This document shows positions 12,401 through 27,400 of a stretch of DNA of 64,000 bases, piece by piece. The DNA is from Haliotis rubra (Eukaryota): the NCBI RefSeq assembly GCF_003918875.1, contig NW_025765914.1, positions 372,001-436,000 of the forward strand, written 5' to 3'. The notes below the pieces were generated by a model. It saw only the letters and a program-made list of their open reading frames with translations. It searched no databases and was not told the DNA's origin. The translations under genes and the position numbers were made by a program. Position 1 is the stretch's first letter, and every line of letters starts with the position of its first letter.

Positions 12401-15400
12401 ATGGGACTCAACCCAAAAAATACCAAAATCTGTACCTTACCAAGAAAGTGTAATCCCAAATATAACATATGTTACCGGCAAATGTGTCTAAATTAACAAG
12501 TGGAAAATCTACAATTTAAAGAATACAAGGGCATATTGTACCTGCAAAGGCCTCCAGGAAATAACATATATTTGGCAGGTGTATCACTGTCCTCCCCTTG
12601 CATGTACTGTATATCTCTAGATGAGTGAGGGAGTTGGTGCTGATGTCGCTTTGTACCGTATTCCAGTAGGGTCATTAGATCAAGTGATGAGGCTTTTTAC
12701 TTTGGTAAAACCAGCGGGTAAACTACTTTTTTTTCAGGAATATGCATGGTGCTGACGAACGGCGAAACCACGCCGAAGCGGGATTCGAACCCACGGTTGT
12801 AGAGACGCAACTCAGGAAAGACTGTGGCTCTGTGGCAGCCGTGTCCGATTATAGCGCACAAAGGAATGTGTTACAACCATTCAATGACCAAATTCTTCAT
12901 GCACAGTGTTCTTTTTTTGTATAAACTATTGTCCCAAAAACCAAGTCAGTCAGCTGCCTCTTTTCTCTCGAGATTAGTTACGGTAATTATGCATGAGGCT
13001 CAAGCATGTTTTGTAAAAGTGAAGTGAATGTTTTTATTGTCAGCTCCCTGGGGACTTTACATTTTCCACTCCGAATTAAAATTCCTGACTGATCTACCAT
13101 TTGAACCAATCGACCAATCAATGAATATACCAGTGTCTGCGAATGAATGCTGAATTATTGAGTTACGAACGTCTGGTTTGAATACTTAGACGTCAATACC
13201 TCTTTAAGAGCTTGAGTGAGGTTCTGGCTCTGTGCTAAGTCCGTGACATTCGGCTCGGAAACGTTGTAGCAGTCGGAGTAGGTGATGGGCCGGAGATCGC
13301 GGAACATGGACACAGCCTTCTTCGTGATCATTCCAATGTCATACACGAGGGCTTCGTCTACCTGAATAAACAACCACATTACTGTGTTACCATGGGAGTT
13401 TGCTGTGCGCTACAACCCTACAATACAACAGTATCCGCCATACAGTGTATGTATTCATTTTGACAAGTCACTAGCCAGGAGGGCTAGTTCAGTAAAATGT
13501 TGCTAGCCCACATCATACTTCACTGGCCCTGCGAAATATCAATGTCAAAATGCTATCAGGTTAAACGTTACATTTGTGTTGTAATATTTCCTTACCTCTT
13601 TTGCTCTTTTATTAACATTTTTATATAGCGATCTTCGTGTGAGATAATAAACATCATGGAACCTTTGCGGACTTACTTTTAACACCCTAATAACTGACTT
13701 AATATTGTTCATGTGCAATAAATAAGTAAATAACAAATGATCTGAGATTTTCAGCTAGCCAGTCAGGATAGCTTTAAAATATATTACTGGCCCGATTCAC
13801 AATCAGCTAGCATTTGGCTAGCATGCCAGCAAGCTGTCGCCCTATACCGGACACCTGTGAGAAACTAAGTAATACAATACGAGCAATGATCCACTCAGTC
13901 ATGTACTATCTGACACAAACCCAACCATGTCAACCAGCCTGACCATCTGGTCCATAAGGTTTAATTGGGGTCCTCCTCTTCCCTGGAATACAGACTCAGC
14001 TGTCATGATGTATCTATTTTGGCAAATGTTGACATTTAGAATATGTGAATGTCAAGCATGTGTTCCACATAGCATAGAATTTTGTGTAAGAACTGGATCA
14101 ATTAAAAAAATATTTCAAGAGCCGTTGTAATATCTCATTTCAACTAATGCTATAATGTACTATAACAAGTAAAACAGGAATCGCTGCAATGATACAGTTT
14201 ACCTAATCAGTATTGTGTTAGAGCAAGTACAAACTGCACCGTTGCAATACCACTGTTGAACAAATATTATACTATAACAAATTACCCGGTACTCATTACA
14301 CTACAACTGAATAATCAATAATGAATCTGCTGAATGAATAGTTGTAATATCGCAATGTAACGTATCAGGAACGTCATAAATCACCCCAATATTAAAAAGA
14401 TCACTCCTAACATAGGCTACAAGTCAATCAGCAAAAAGCCATTCAAATATGAAAAAGCCACTCATGACCTACTGCAATGTTGCAAGCACCGTCTGCAATA
14501 TCTGAATGTAACTCACTAAAGGCATTTCAACATTAAAAACTATCACTTGTAATATTCCAAAGTGTCTAATCGAGAATTACAAAAACTCACGAATCAATGC
14601 AATATTATACTGTTCACAGTATGTCATTTCAAAGTAACCTCTGAATCACTGCAATATTACACTGTAACTAATATATCTTTTTATATGGGAAATTGAAAAT
14701 CCACAGAAATGTTGATGATATATGTATATGAATTTGTTATACTTGACTTGATGTACACATGTACTCTGGGCTGGAGGCCTTGGGTACTGAATAAGAAATC
14801 TTGAATCTTGAAAATCTAATATATCATTTCAAAGAACCTCATTAATCATTGCAGTATTACACTGAAGATAATACATCTTTACAAAGAAACTAATGAGTCA
14901 TTCCAATTCATGAACACACATATGATGTCATACCTTCATGGATGCTCTGTTGGAATCCATAAACTGCTCATAGTATGCGCTGTCGGCAGGGTAGTCCGAA
15001 CTGGCAACGATCTCGTTGACAACTATTGCTTTCTGACACTCCCCACACACCAGCGTGTAGTCCTGTAACAGTTCAAGGGTAACGCTGTGGAGGTGAATGT
15101 TAACGGGCTCCACTGTGGTGGTGAAACTGAAGTATGGTATGGAGAAGGTAATTGTGAAAGTATGGCTTGGTTAAGGTAACGGTGAAAGTGTGGCATTAAA
15201 GGTAACGGTGGAAGTGTCTTATGGAGAAGGTAACGGTGAAAGGATGGCATGGTGAAGGTAACGGTGAAAGTGTTTCATGGTTAAGTGAACAGTGAAAGTA
15301 TGGCAAGGTGAAGGTAACTGTGAAAGTATGGTATGATGAAGGTAACTGAAAGTATGCATGGTGAAGGTAACTGTGAAAGTATGGCATGGTGAAGGTAACG

Positions 15401-18400
15401 GTGAAAGTGTTTCATGGTTAAGTGAACAGTGAAAGGATGGCAAGGTGAAGGTAACTGTGAAAATATGGTATGGTGAAGGTAACGGTGAAAGTATGGTATG
15501 GTGAAGGCAACGGTGAAACTATGGCATGGTATGGTGAAGGTAACTGTGAAAGTATGGTATGGTGAAGGTAACGGTGAAAGTGTGGCATGATAAAGGTAAC
15601 GGTGGAAGTGTCTTATGGTGAATGTAACAGTGAAAGTGTGTCATGGTGAAGGAAATGGTGAAGGTTTGTCATGGAGTAGGTAACAGTGACAGTGTGTCAT
15701 GGTGAAGGTAATAGTGAAAGCGTGTCATGGTGAAGGTAACGGAGAAAGTGTAGTATAGTAAAGGTAACGGTGAAAGTGTGTCATGGAGAAGGAAATGGTG
15801 AAAGTTTGTCATGGAAAAGGTACCAGTGAAAGAGTTTCATGGTGAAGAATATGGTGAAAGTGTGTCATGGAGAAGGTAATGGTGAAAGTGTTTCATGTAG
15901 ATTGTTACAGTGAATGTGTGTCACGGTGCAGGTAACGGAGAATGTTGCAGAGCGAAGATGACGATGAAAAATCAACCGGGAGAAGGGAACGGTGACGTTG
16001 TGGCATGGTGAAATGTGCAGTGAAAATTTGGCATGGTGAAGGTGACAATGAAGGTATACCATAGTGAAGGTGGTTGTGAAAGTGTGTAACATAGAAGGTT
16101 ACACACTGTAACACAGAAGGTTAGACAGTGAATGTGTGGCATGGTGAAGGTAACGGTGAAAGTGTTTCATGGTTAAGTGAACAGTGAAAGGATGGCAAGG
16201 TGAAGGTAACTGTGAAAGTATGGTATGGTGAAGGTAACGGTGAAAGTATGGTATGGTGAAGGCAACGGTGAAACTATGGCATGGTGAAGGTAACTGTGAA
16301 AGTATGGTATGGTGAAGGTAACGGTGAAAGTGTGGCATGATAAAGGTAACGGTGGAAGTGTCTTATGGTGAATGTAACAGTGAAAGTGTGTCATGGTGAA
16401 GGAAATGGTGAAGGTTTGTCATGGAGTAGGTAACAGTGACAGTGTGTCATGGTGAAGGTAATAGTGAAAGCGTGTCATGGTGAAGGTAACGGAGAAAGTG
16501 TAGTATAGTAAAGGTAACGGTGAAAGTGTGTCATGGAGAAGGAAATGGTGAAAGTTTGTCATGGAAAAGGTACCAGTGAAAGAGTTTCATGGTGAAGAAT
16601 ATGGTGAAAGTGTGTCATGGAGAAGGTAATGGTGAAAGTGTTTCATGTAGATTGTTACAGTGAATGTGTGTCATGGTGCAGGTAACGGAGAATGTTGCGA
16701 AGATGACGATGAAAAATCAACCGGGAGAAGGGAACGGTGACGTTGTGGCATGGTGAAATGTGCAGTGAAAATTTGGCATGGTGAAGGTGACAATGAAGGT
16801 ATACCATAGTGAAGGTGGTTGTGAAAGTGTGTAACATAGAAGGTTACACACTGTAACACAGAAGGTTAGACAGTGAATGTGTGGCATGGTGAAGGTTACG
16901 GAAAGTATGGCATTATATATGTCAGGAGCCCAAGAGACCGCGCTCTATGTGAGAAGATGTCAAGCGCCGTGATATTGTTAGAATATAGCTGAAAATGCAT
17001 GGACAACTCCTTCTACGACTACCCAGTGAATAAGTAATGGATAATATTTGCAGCATACATTGTAAAAGCACTTGTTTACAAGCCAAAAATTGATTTATAC
17101 ATGTATTGAATTTTAAGATGTCTTGGGACATTTGTCAATTTGGCTTCTTTGTTGATCTGAGGCAGGGTATAGAGATAATTTATGATGCGACTTCTGGCGA
17201 CTGCAAACATTTATAAGCCCAACCGTAGCATTGCTTTCCTCGCCATATGAGAGAACTATTAATCACACCTAAGCTCGACACACATTAGGGACGAAACATA
17301 TCTAAAGGTGCTTCCTAATGGAAAGACGTTTGGTAAATTTGCTTCCTTTAAGAGATTGTATATGGCCTTCTACGACCCTTGATGTACATTATTGTATGAG
17401 TGTGATAGAAATATTCCGACAATATCACAGCTTAAGATAATACTGCACGTGGCATGCAAGAAGCACCCGTGTGACATACTATTGCATGTGGTATGCAGGA
17501 AGCACCCGTGTGACATACTACTGCACGTGATATGCAGGAAGCACCCGTGTGACATACTTCTACATGTGGTATGCAGGAAGCACCCGTGTGACATACTATT
17601 GCATGTGGCATGCAGGAAACACCCGTGTGACATACTACTGCATGTGGTATGCAGGAAGCACCCGTGTGACATACTACTGCATGTGGTATGCAGGAAGCAC
17701 CCGTGTGACATACTACTGCATGTGGTATGCAGGAAGCACCCGTGTGATACTGCATGTGGTATGCAGGAAACACCCGGAAGCACCCGTGTGACATAACTAC
17801 AGCATGTGGTATGCAGGAAGCACCCGTGTGACATACTACTGCATGTGGTATGCAGGAACCCGCATACCCATGTGTGACACCCGTGTGACTACTGCACTGC
17901 ACCTGGTATGCAGGAAGCACCCGTGTGACATACTACTGCATGTGGTATGCAGGAAGCACCCGTGTGACATACTACTGCATGTGGTATGCAGGAAGCACCC
18001 GTGTGACATACTACTGCATGTGGTATGCAGGAAGCACCCGTGTGACATACTACTGCATGCATGTGGTATGCAGGAAGCAAGCACCCGTGTGACATACTAC
18101 TGCATGTGGTATGCAGGAAGCACCCGTGTGACATACTACTGCACGTGGTATGCAGGAAGCACCCGTGTGACATACTACTGCATGTGGTATGCAGGAAGCA
18201 CCCGTGTGACATACTACTGCATGTGGTATGCAGGAAACACCCGTGTGACATACTACTGCATGTGGTATGCAGGAAGCACCCGTGTGACATACTACTGCAC
18301 CTGGTATGCAGGAAGCACCCGTGTGACATACTACTGCATATGGTATGCAGGAAGCACCCATGTGACATACTACTGCATTTGGTATGCCGGAAGCACCCGT

Positions 18401-21400
18401 GTGACATACTACTGCACCTGGTATGCAGGAAGCACCCGTGTGGCCTACTACTACACGTGGTATGCAGGAAGCACCCGTGTGACCTACTACTGCACCTGGT
18501 ATGCAGGAAGCACTCGTCTGACATACTACTGCATGTGGTATGCAGGAAGCACCCATGTGACATACTACTACACGTGTATGCAGGAAGCACCCGTGTGACA
18601 TGCTACTGCACCTGGTATGCAGAAAGCACCCGTGTGACATACTACTGCATGTGGTATGCCGGAAGCACCCGTGTGACATACTACTGCATGTGGTATGCCG
18701 GAACACCTATATGTAGAAATACAGAATGAGACCCTGCTCTGTATGTGGTACTGATGATGGAGGAAACACTTAATTCAACATGTGTTTGAACAACACAGAT
18801 AACAAATACGTCAATGTAGAACATCTGGGCTGTTTTGTTGAATGTATTGATTTCTGTTATGAGGCACAATAGAATTCCTGCCACACCAGTCGATACTGCT
18901 GCCACACCTTGGAAGCAAAGTTAATTACAATTTGAAATATTTCTTCACTTGTTTAAATGGGAATTTAATTTCTACTCTACTCGCTACTGTTAAAGATAAA
19001 TGCAAGTTTAAATTTACCTTTGCATAACGCTATGCAAATAATGATTTGCAGAAAATGAAATTTGCTGTGTTCTGTGTAGTGCTTATTTGTCGCTGTGCTG
19101 TTCGCTGTGCTGTTCACAGTGCAGTTCGCAGTGCTGTGTCATGTTGTGGTGTTTTATGCTATGTTGTAGTATGTTGTGAACTGCATTGTATTTTGCTGTG
19201 TTGTCCTATATTATGTTTTGTGTTCTGCCCTGTAGTAATGTATTATGTTGTGCTATGTTATGCTTTGTCTTCTGCTCTGCATCAATGTTTTGTGCATTGT
19301 GTGTAATGGTATACTTTGTGTTCTGCTCATGTTGTGCAATGTTATACTTTGTATTCTGCTCATGTTGTGCAATTGTGCAATGTTATACTTTATGTTCTGC
19401 TTTGTTCTTCTGCTCATGTTGTGCATGTTATACTTTGTGTTCTGCTCATGTTGTGCAATGTTATACTTTGTGTTCTGCTCATGTTTGTGCTATGTTATGC
19501 TTTGTGTTCTTTGTGTTCTGCTCATGTTGTGCTATGTTATACTTTGTGTTCTGCTCATGTATACTTTGTGTTCTATGTTATACTTTGTGTTCTGCTCATG
19601 TTGTGCAATGTTATACTTTGTGTTCTGTCTATGTTATGTTGTGCTATGTTATACTTTGTGTTCTGCTCATGTTGTGCTATGTTATACTTTTGTGTTCTGT
19701 GTTCTTGTTGTGCCGTTATACTTGTGTTTCTGCTCATGTTGTGCTATGTTATACTTTGTGTTCTGCTCATGTTGTGCTCCATGTCATGTTGTGTGTGTTC
19801 TGCTATGTTATACTTTGTGTTCTGCTCATGTTGTTATGCTATGTTATACTTTGTGTTCTGCTCATGTTATGTTGTGCAATGTTATACTTTGTGTTCTGCT
19901 CATGTTGTGCTATGTTATACTTTGTGTTCTGCTCATGTTATACTATGTTATACTTTGTGTTCTTCTGTTGCTCATGTTGTGCTGCTCATGTTGTGCATGT
20001 TATACTTTGTGTTCTGCTCATGTTGTGCTATGTTATACTTTGTGTTCTGCTCATGTTGTGCTATGTTATACTTTGTGTTCTGCTCATGTTGTGCTATGTT
20101 ATACTTTGTGTTCTGCTCATGTTGTGCTATGTTATACTTTGTGTTCTGTTCTGCTCATGTTGTGCTATGTTATACTTTTGTGTTCTGCTCATGTTGTGCT
20201 ATGTTATACTTTGTGTTCTGCTCCATGTTGTGCAATGTTATACTTTTGTGTTCTGTCATGTTGTGCAATGTTATACTTTTGTTCTCTGCTCATGTTGTGC
20301 TATGTTATACTTTGTGTTCTGCTCATGTTGTGCTATGTTATACTTTGTGTTCTGCTCATGTTGTGCTATGTTATACTTTGTGTTCTGCTCATGTTGTGCT
20401 ATGTTATACTTTGTGTTCTGCTCATGTTGTGCTATGTTATACTTTGTGTTCTGCTCATGTTGTGCTGTTATACTTTGTGTTCTGCTCATGTGCTATGCTT
20501 TGTGTTCTGCTCATGTTGTGCTATGTTATACTTTGTGTTCTGCTCATGTTGTGCAATGTTATACTTTGTGTTCTGCTCATGTTGTGCAATGTATTTTTTG
20601 TTTTCTCCTCATGTTCTGCTATGTTATACTTTGTGTTCTGCTCATGTTGTGCAATGTTATACTTTGTGTTCTGCTCTTGTTGTGCAATGTTATACTTTGT
20701 GTTCTACTCTGCAGCAATGTATTGTACAGATATGGTATGTGTTCTGCTCTGTAACAATCTATTGTGCAGTGTTGTGCTATGTTCTGTTCCGTGTTCTGCT
20801 CTGCAGTATTGTCCTGTGCTATGTGATGCCGTGTGTTGATTTCTATCTGCTTTGTGTTATGGTATCTGTCGCACTGTGTTTCCAATTTCTGCACTGAATG
20901 TCAGTCTACTAATTCAAAACCATATCTTTCTTAAAGCTTTACAAAACAAAAATAGAAACTTTATCATTCCGATACTACAATCGACACAAGCTAGCAATAA
21001 TGTTTTGGTTTGGTTGTTGTTTTACGCCGCACTCAGCAATAGTCCAGCTGTATGACAGCGGTCTGTAAATAATCGAGTCTGGGCCAGCCAATCCAGTGAT
21101 CAACAGCATGAGCATGGATCGGCGCAATTGGGATACGATAACATGTGTCAAGCAAGTCAGCGAGCCTGACCACCCGATCCCGTTAGTCGCCTCTTACAAG
21201 CAATAATGTACGTATCTATGTTAAATATACAGGCTATTTGGTGTGCATGGCTGATGGCCCTGATGGGACAACTCACCTTCGTCAGCACAAACCAGTTGAC
21301 GTCAAAGTTACTGTTAGCCAGCTTGTCCGCCTGGAATGAAAAATAGACATTGTGAATTGAAGTCCATAGCATCAGAATTACGTTTTATACAATTCCGTGT

Positions 21401-24400
21401 ATTTATAGATTTCCACAGTGAACCTCTATGTCGCCCAGTGTTGGCGGTCGATTCCCAATCATAAAATCTGTACATAGCATTGAGTGAGTTGGGATTTTGC
21501 ATCGAGCAGGTATTTTAGTTCTTCGATGGTGTCCTATCAACTGAATGTGGTGACTCCCAAGGTTACACCGGCGAGAGTTCAGTGCCGCAATATGGCCACC
21601 ACTGAGCATACATCACGATCAGTTGCATGTTAAAGCTCTGTTTATACAACATAAAAGTAGTTTTGTGTACTTGAAACAAAGAATGGTCACTTGTCTGGTT
21701 ATCATCTATATGTAAAGCAGAAGATGAATGTGAATGGTGGGGTGACCATGACCATCAGTTGTCATTTACCATCAGCTGTCATTTACACATACGTTTTATA
21801 CAATTCCGTGTATTTATAGATTTCCACAGTGAACCTCTATGTCGCCCAGTGTTGGCGGTCGATTCCCAATCATAAAATCTGTACATAGCATTGAGTGAGT
21901 TGGGATTTTGCATCGAGCAGGTATTTTAGTTCTTCGATGGTGTCCTATCAACTGAATGTGGTGACTCCCAAGGTTACACCGGCGAGAGTTCAGTGCCGCA
22001 ATATGGCCACCACTGAGCATACATCACGGTCAGTTGCATGTTAAAGCTCTGTTTATACAACATAAAAGTAGTTTTGTGTACTTGAAACAAAGAATGGTCA
22101 CTTGTCTGGTTATCATCTATATGTAAAGCAGCAGATGAATGTGAATGGTGGGGTGACCATCCTTTAGCCATCAGCTGTCATTTACACTACTTCCGGGTCT
22201 GTGTTTACACTTATTCTGGCACTTATTCTCCAGATACAAGCATTAGATTTTTATTACCATTATAACTATAAGTTATGATATCAATATTTTACAGAACCAC
22301 GGTTTACCTCTGCCTTATATGCCTGCAAAGTTGTTACTAGGAATCTATGGTTATAGTGTAATGACACTTTGAGAGTGAGTGAGTGGGTGAGTTTAGTTTT
22401 ACGCCACACTCAGCGATATTCCAGCTATATGGCGGCGGTCTGTAAATAATCGAGTCTGGACCAGACAATCCAGTGATCAACAACATGAGCATGGATCTAC
22501 GCAATTGGGATACGATGACATGTGTCAACCAAGTCAGCGAGCCTGACCACCCGATCCCGTTAGTCTCTTGCGACAAGCATGGGTTACTGAAGATCAATGC
22601 TAACCCGGATCTTCTCGGGTCGACACTTAAAGAATATGACAGTATTATAACAGTGGTGGACACAAACAATGGACTTACCACACTGAACTAATGACGGAAT
22701 CGAAACCTGAAGTTACGCTGCTTAAGTATATGTTTGTGTTGGGTTTGTTTGTACAACTCCCTACCGATATGAGCCTATAGATCTAACTCACCGAGCCGAG
22801 GAACTTTTCAGCGTTGTCAACGTTGGAGATGATGAAGATGTTCTTGATCTCGATGTCCTGCAGCATCTTCAGCTGCCTCTTGGTCTCCTCTTGATCGGAC
22901 GTCTGGCGGACGTACAGATGCTGGGCCGGAACATTGGTCAGCACTCGCCGGGGGGTGTTCTGGATGTCTATTGGTTAACAAGCAATCTGTCACTTCTTGT
23001 CTATCATTAGTCGTACTGGAGTAATAATCTTACACTGAACAGTATAGCCTGTTTAAAATATACAACACAACAAAAATCAAATCAACTGTTGGGATTATTA
23101 TATTAATATTTTGATAAATTTCATCTTTGTAATAAATAAAACTTTGTTTCAGAACAAAGTAGGCTTAAATGTTGATTTTGTCAAACAATTTAATCAGTGT
23201 TGCCAAACCCAGTGTTCAGGTTAATACACCATTGCCGTCATAAGTTAATATTCATGTTAACCGTAGGGTTACTGCCTAACTCTCCCTTCCTACAACCTGC
23301 CTAAAACACTCCCGATGGAAAGCACACTAAAAGCAACCTACCGAAAGATTCATCATAGACAATGGCAACATTGTTCAGATTCTCCTTGCGAACAATGGCT
23401 GCGACGACACGTAGCAACTCGACTGAAGTAGGTTCCACCTCGAAGTGTATGCTGCTGTCGCCGCTTGAGTAGCGGTAGTAGGAGCTGTCGACGATGGAGG
23501 TGTAAGCAATGCCGAGTGTGCTCGCAAAGGACCTCATCAAGGGCGCGACACTTGGGGATGTGATGTCGATGATGCCCACCACACCGTCCCTCACTCTGTC
23601 ACATACTGACAATACAATGACAATTATACTTTAATGAAATGAGCTCTTTAATAAAATAACAGAATGGCTAGAGTCCTGAAGAATATATATTTTGAATTCC
23701 ATCAACTGTCTCTAAAAAAACCCGTTGTATGATGTTGTGCTTGTGTTTCTACTGTATCACCTCCCTGGAACATGAAGCAATATTCTACCATATCGCCCAT
23801 CTATCACATAAAGCAGTATGCTGGTATATGACACCTCTATCACTTAAATGAATAGGACGGACAGACAAGTTTTTTCAGTGAAAGGCTACAGTCCCATCAT
23901 ATAGTCATTTTGCAAATGATATTGATAGTTTAGTGCACATGCTGTTTAATGGGAACATTTCTATTGCTGAAGTACGTCATACAGAAAAATACTAACATAT
24001 TTTATGATTAATAGGTAACTGTAACATTAATACCAGTAAGATCCAAGGAATCATTATTTTGTAAATATGAAACGACAATGCAAAGCAATACTCGGTCTTG
24101 ACTGTTCAGAAACAGATCCAATTTGATGTAAAGGGCAAAATAGATTTGAAAATCATATGAAACAATGGTACGACATTATATAGGACACAAAAGGGAATGT
24201 TAATTCTTGGCATGGAATAGGTAGCAGAATGTCCAGAACATTTATTACCAGAGAATGGAAATACAATACACTGGATAATAGGACATTAACATAAAGGTAT
24301 AGTCATCTTTCTAAAGCCTTTTGTGGTCAGCTATTAATACTGGAGGATAGTCACTGGAGCAGCTGGGGCCCCTACAATACATATGTATTCGCCTCATTAG

Positions 24401-27400
24401 AGTCACATGTGGCTGATCCGAAACACGAGAGATATTCCATTTATATGAAATACAAAAATTACTTTCAAAAGCCATTGATCTAGGAAGCAAAATCATTATG
24501 TTATTAATTACAAGTCGTACCATCATTGCAGTGTGGGTTCCCCAGGGAGTACATCAGTCACCACGACAATATAACGACCAATCAGATCTTGGATGATAAA
24601 AGCTAAAACATTCGTATACGTGTATAAACGATGTGGTCATCAGATGGCTCCTGAAGGCTTTCAGAGACATGTATTGGGATAGACTGACTGAGTTTGGTTT
24701 TACGCCGCTTTTAGCAGTATTCCAGCAACATCATGGCGGGGGACACCAGAAATGGACTTCACACATTGTACCCATGTGGGTATTGGGATAGAAGCGAATA
24801 CACACATTAGGGAGTTGAAGTCGACTATCACAAGAGAATTTAAAAGTTCCTGAATACACATTGTTAGTTCAGTTGATAAGTTAAACAAGGTTTTTATGTC
24901 AGTCAGGGTCGTATGTTCGAATCGCAGTTCGATTATCCTTTGTCTCTGTAGCATCGAATTTATCGCGGTTGTTAACACGACCAATAAGTTGAACGATTTC
25001 CGGTTTGAAAATGAGATGATGTTTATTCATTTTAGAAATTTTTATATCATTAGAATATATTTTAGATCATAACGATTTATAAGTATGTTTTATTAAAAAA
25101 TCTAATTATAGGCTATTTGACAGGAGCTCGGGACTGGGATGCAATTATCTGTTTCAGGAACTGCTTGAATATCAGAATATTGACTGGTTGGTCTATAATC
25201 TGGTCGCGACCATGCAGTAGTCCCGTGGTAATGCTTTGACATTTCGTGACATTTCAACACGTGAGCAGGTAGGCTGATATCGCCATATTGCCAAACTCAC
25301 TCTCTGGGCCCAATATCCGACCAGTCCGTATCTACATTTGTCAGTATGTCGAGAAAATGTTTTTCACTGGATAAGACTGTATACGAGCAGGTACCTACCT
25401 ATGTCTAGTGTGCTGGGTAGTCCATGTTGGATAGGAGTGTAATTTGTAAACGAGTAGGTACCTAGCCATATGTACTGTGATCTGAGTCCGGTTGCTGTCT
25501 AAGACTGTGTATTAGGTGGTACCTACCTGTGTCAAGTGTTCCAAGAGAGTACTTGCTGAATAAAATTATAGACGATGTGGTACGTACCTTTATCTAGTGT
25601 GCCAAGTGAGTCATTGTTTTGCGAGTTGACGAGCTGGAATGTAACTGACGGGTTGTCTTGTCTGTTGAATCGGTCCAGTATATCAGGGATCTTGTCGTTC
25701 TGTTTCTCTATGATTTCATCCAGGATGACAACTGAAACACATAGAGCATACACGGTAAGACATGTATTGTATGGTTGAACATTGCATAACATTGAGGGGC
25801 ATGTTAATCATAAACAAAGTGCCAAAAATGAAGACAATTCCAAAACAAAGTTAACCTGAAATTTTCAAATTTCTAATCCTGCATAGTTGATGTGCATTTA
25901 TCACATTTCAGGAGCTACATCAACTGCAAAATACATTTGGAAATTAAACAAACTGTATTTGAATATTCGTAATCTCAAACTTTCTGGCTTCGGACTTTGG
26001 TTTAGGTCTATATTACTATTGATACTTATTCTAAGATACTCGTTACGTATAACGTTAAACACAGGGTGTATACTTATCCAACATTGATTGTATTATGACA
26101 TCGTAACGAAAGTTGTAGAAATGGAAATAACCATCTCAAGCAATGTAGTAATGAACACACAGTGTTCCTGTTGAAGAATGGGAGGCCGAAAGCTTGTAAT
26201 TCAGTAAATTTGTGTACATATTATAATTTCCGTTAGGGGATGAAAAGAACAGATGTTCAGTCATTTTCCTCCAGTGTTTAGAGTTTTTTCTGGAAGACAA
26301 CAAATTATACATAATTATAACATGATACATTCTATAACCATTGGAAGAACTTTGAGTTCTGAATGAAAAAAAGTATCAATATGGATAATCGGATCTTTCC
26401 GTCCAGATTTCACCTCATCTTGTGTAATAATGTTTTCTTGGCTGTATCCATAACCCTTTTATCAATACAACCCATGTATCCATAACACGTCATATCAATA
26501 CTACTCCTGTATCCATAACACGCTATATCAATACACCCCTGTATCCATAACAAGCTATATCAATACAACCCCTGTATCCATAACACGCTATATCAATACA
26601 ACCCCTGTATCCATAACACGTTATATCAATACAACTTTTGCATCCATAACACGTTATATCAATACAACCCTTGTATCCATAACACGTTATATCAATAGAA
26701 CTCCTGTATCCATAACACGCTATATCAATACTACCCCTGTATCCATAACACGCTATATCAATACAACCCTGTATCCATAACATGTTATACCAATACAACT
26801 TCTGTATCCAAACACGTTATATCAATACAACCCTTGTATCCATAACACGCTATATCAATACAACCCCTGTATCCATAACACGCTATATCAATACAACTTC
26901 TGTATCCACAACACGTTATATCAATGCAACCCTGTATCCATAACACGTTATATCAATACAACCCTTGTATCCATAACACGCTATATCAATACAACCCCTG
27001 TATCCATAACACGCTATATCAATACAACTTCTGTATCCACAACACGCTATATCAATACAACTCATGTATCCATAATGCGCTATATCAATACAATCCCTGT
27101 ATCCATAACACATTATATCAATACAACCCCTGTATCCATAACACGTTATATCAATACCACTTCTGTATTCATAACACGTTATATCAATACGATTCTTGCA
27201 TCCACAACAAGTTATATCAATAGAACCCTTGTATCCATAACACGCTATATCAATACAACTCATGTATCCATAACACGCTATATCAATACAACCCTGTATC
27301 CATAACATGTTATACCAATACAACTTCTGTATCCAAACACGTTATATCAATACAACTCATGTATCCATAACACGCTATATCAATACAACCCCTGTATCCA

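Noticed and set aside
17370-18729. Cys/His-rich metallothionein- or zinc-finger-looking ORFs
   Set aside because: 39-bp satellite, open on both strands, with frame-breaking indels.
19186-20897. Three 500+ aa Cys/Leu/Val-rich ORFs
   Set aside because: Open in all three frames because the 33-bp unit lacks plus-strand stops; intronic satellite.
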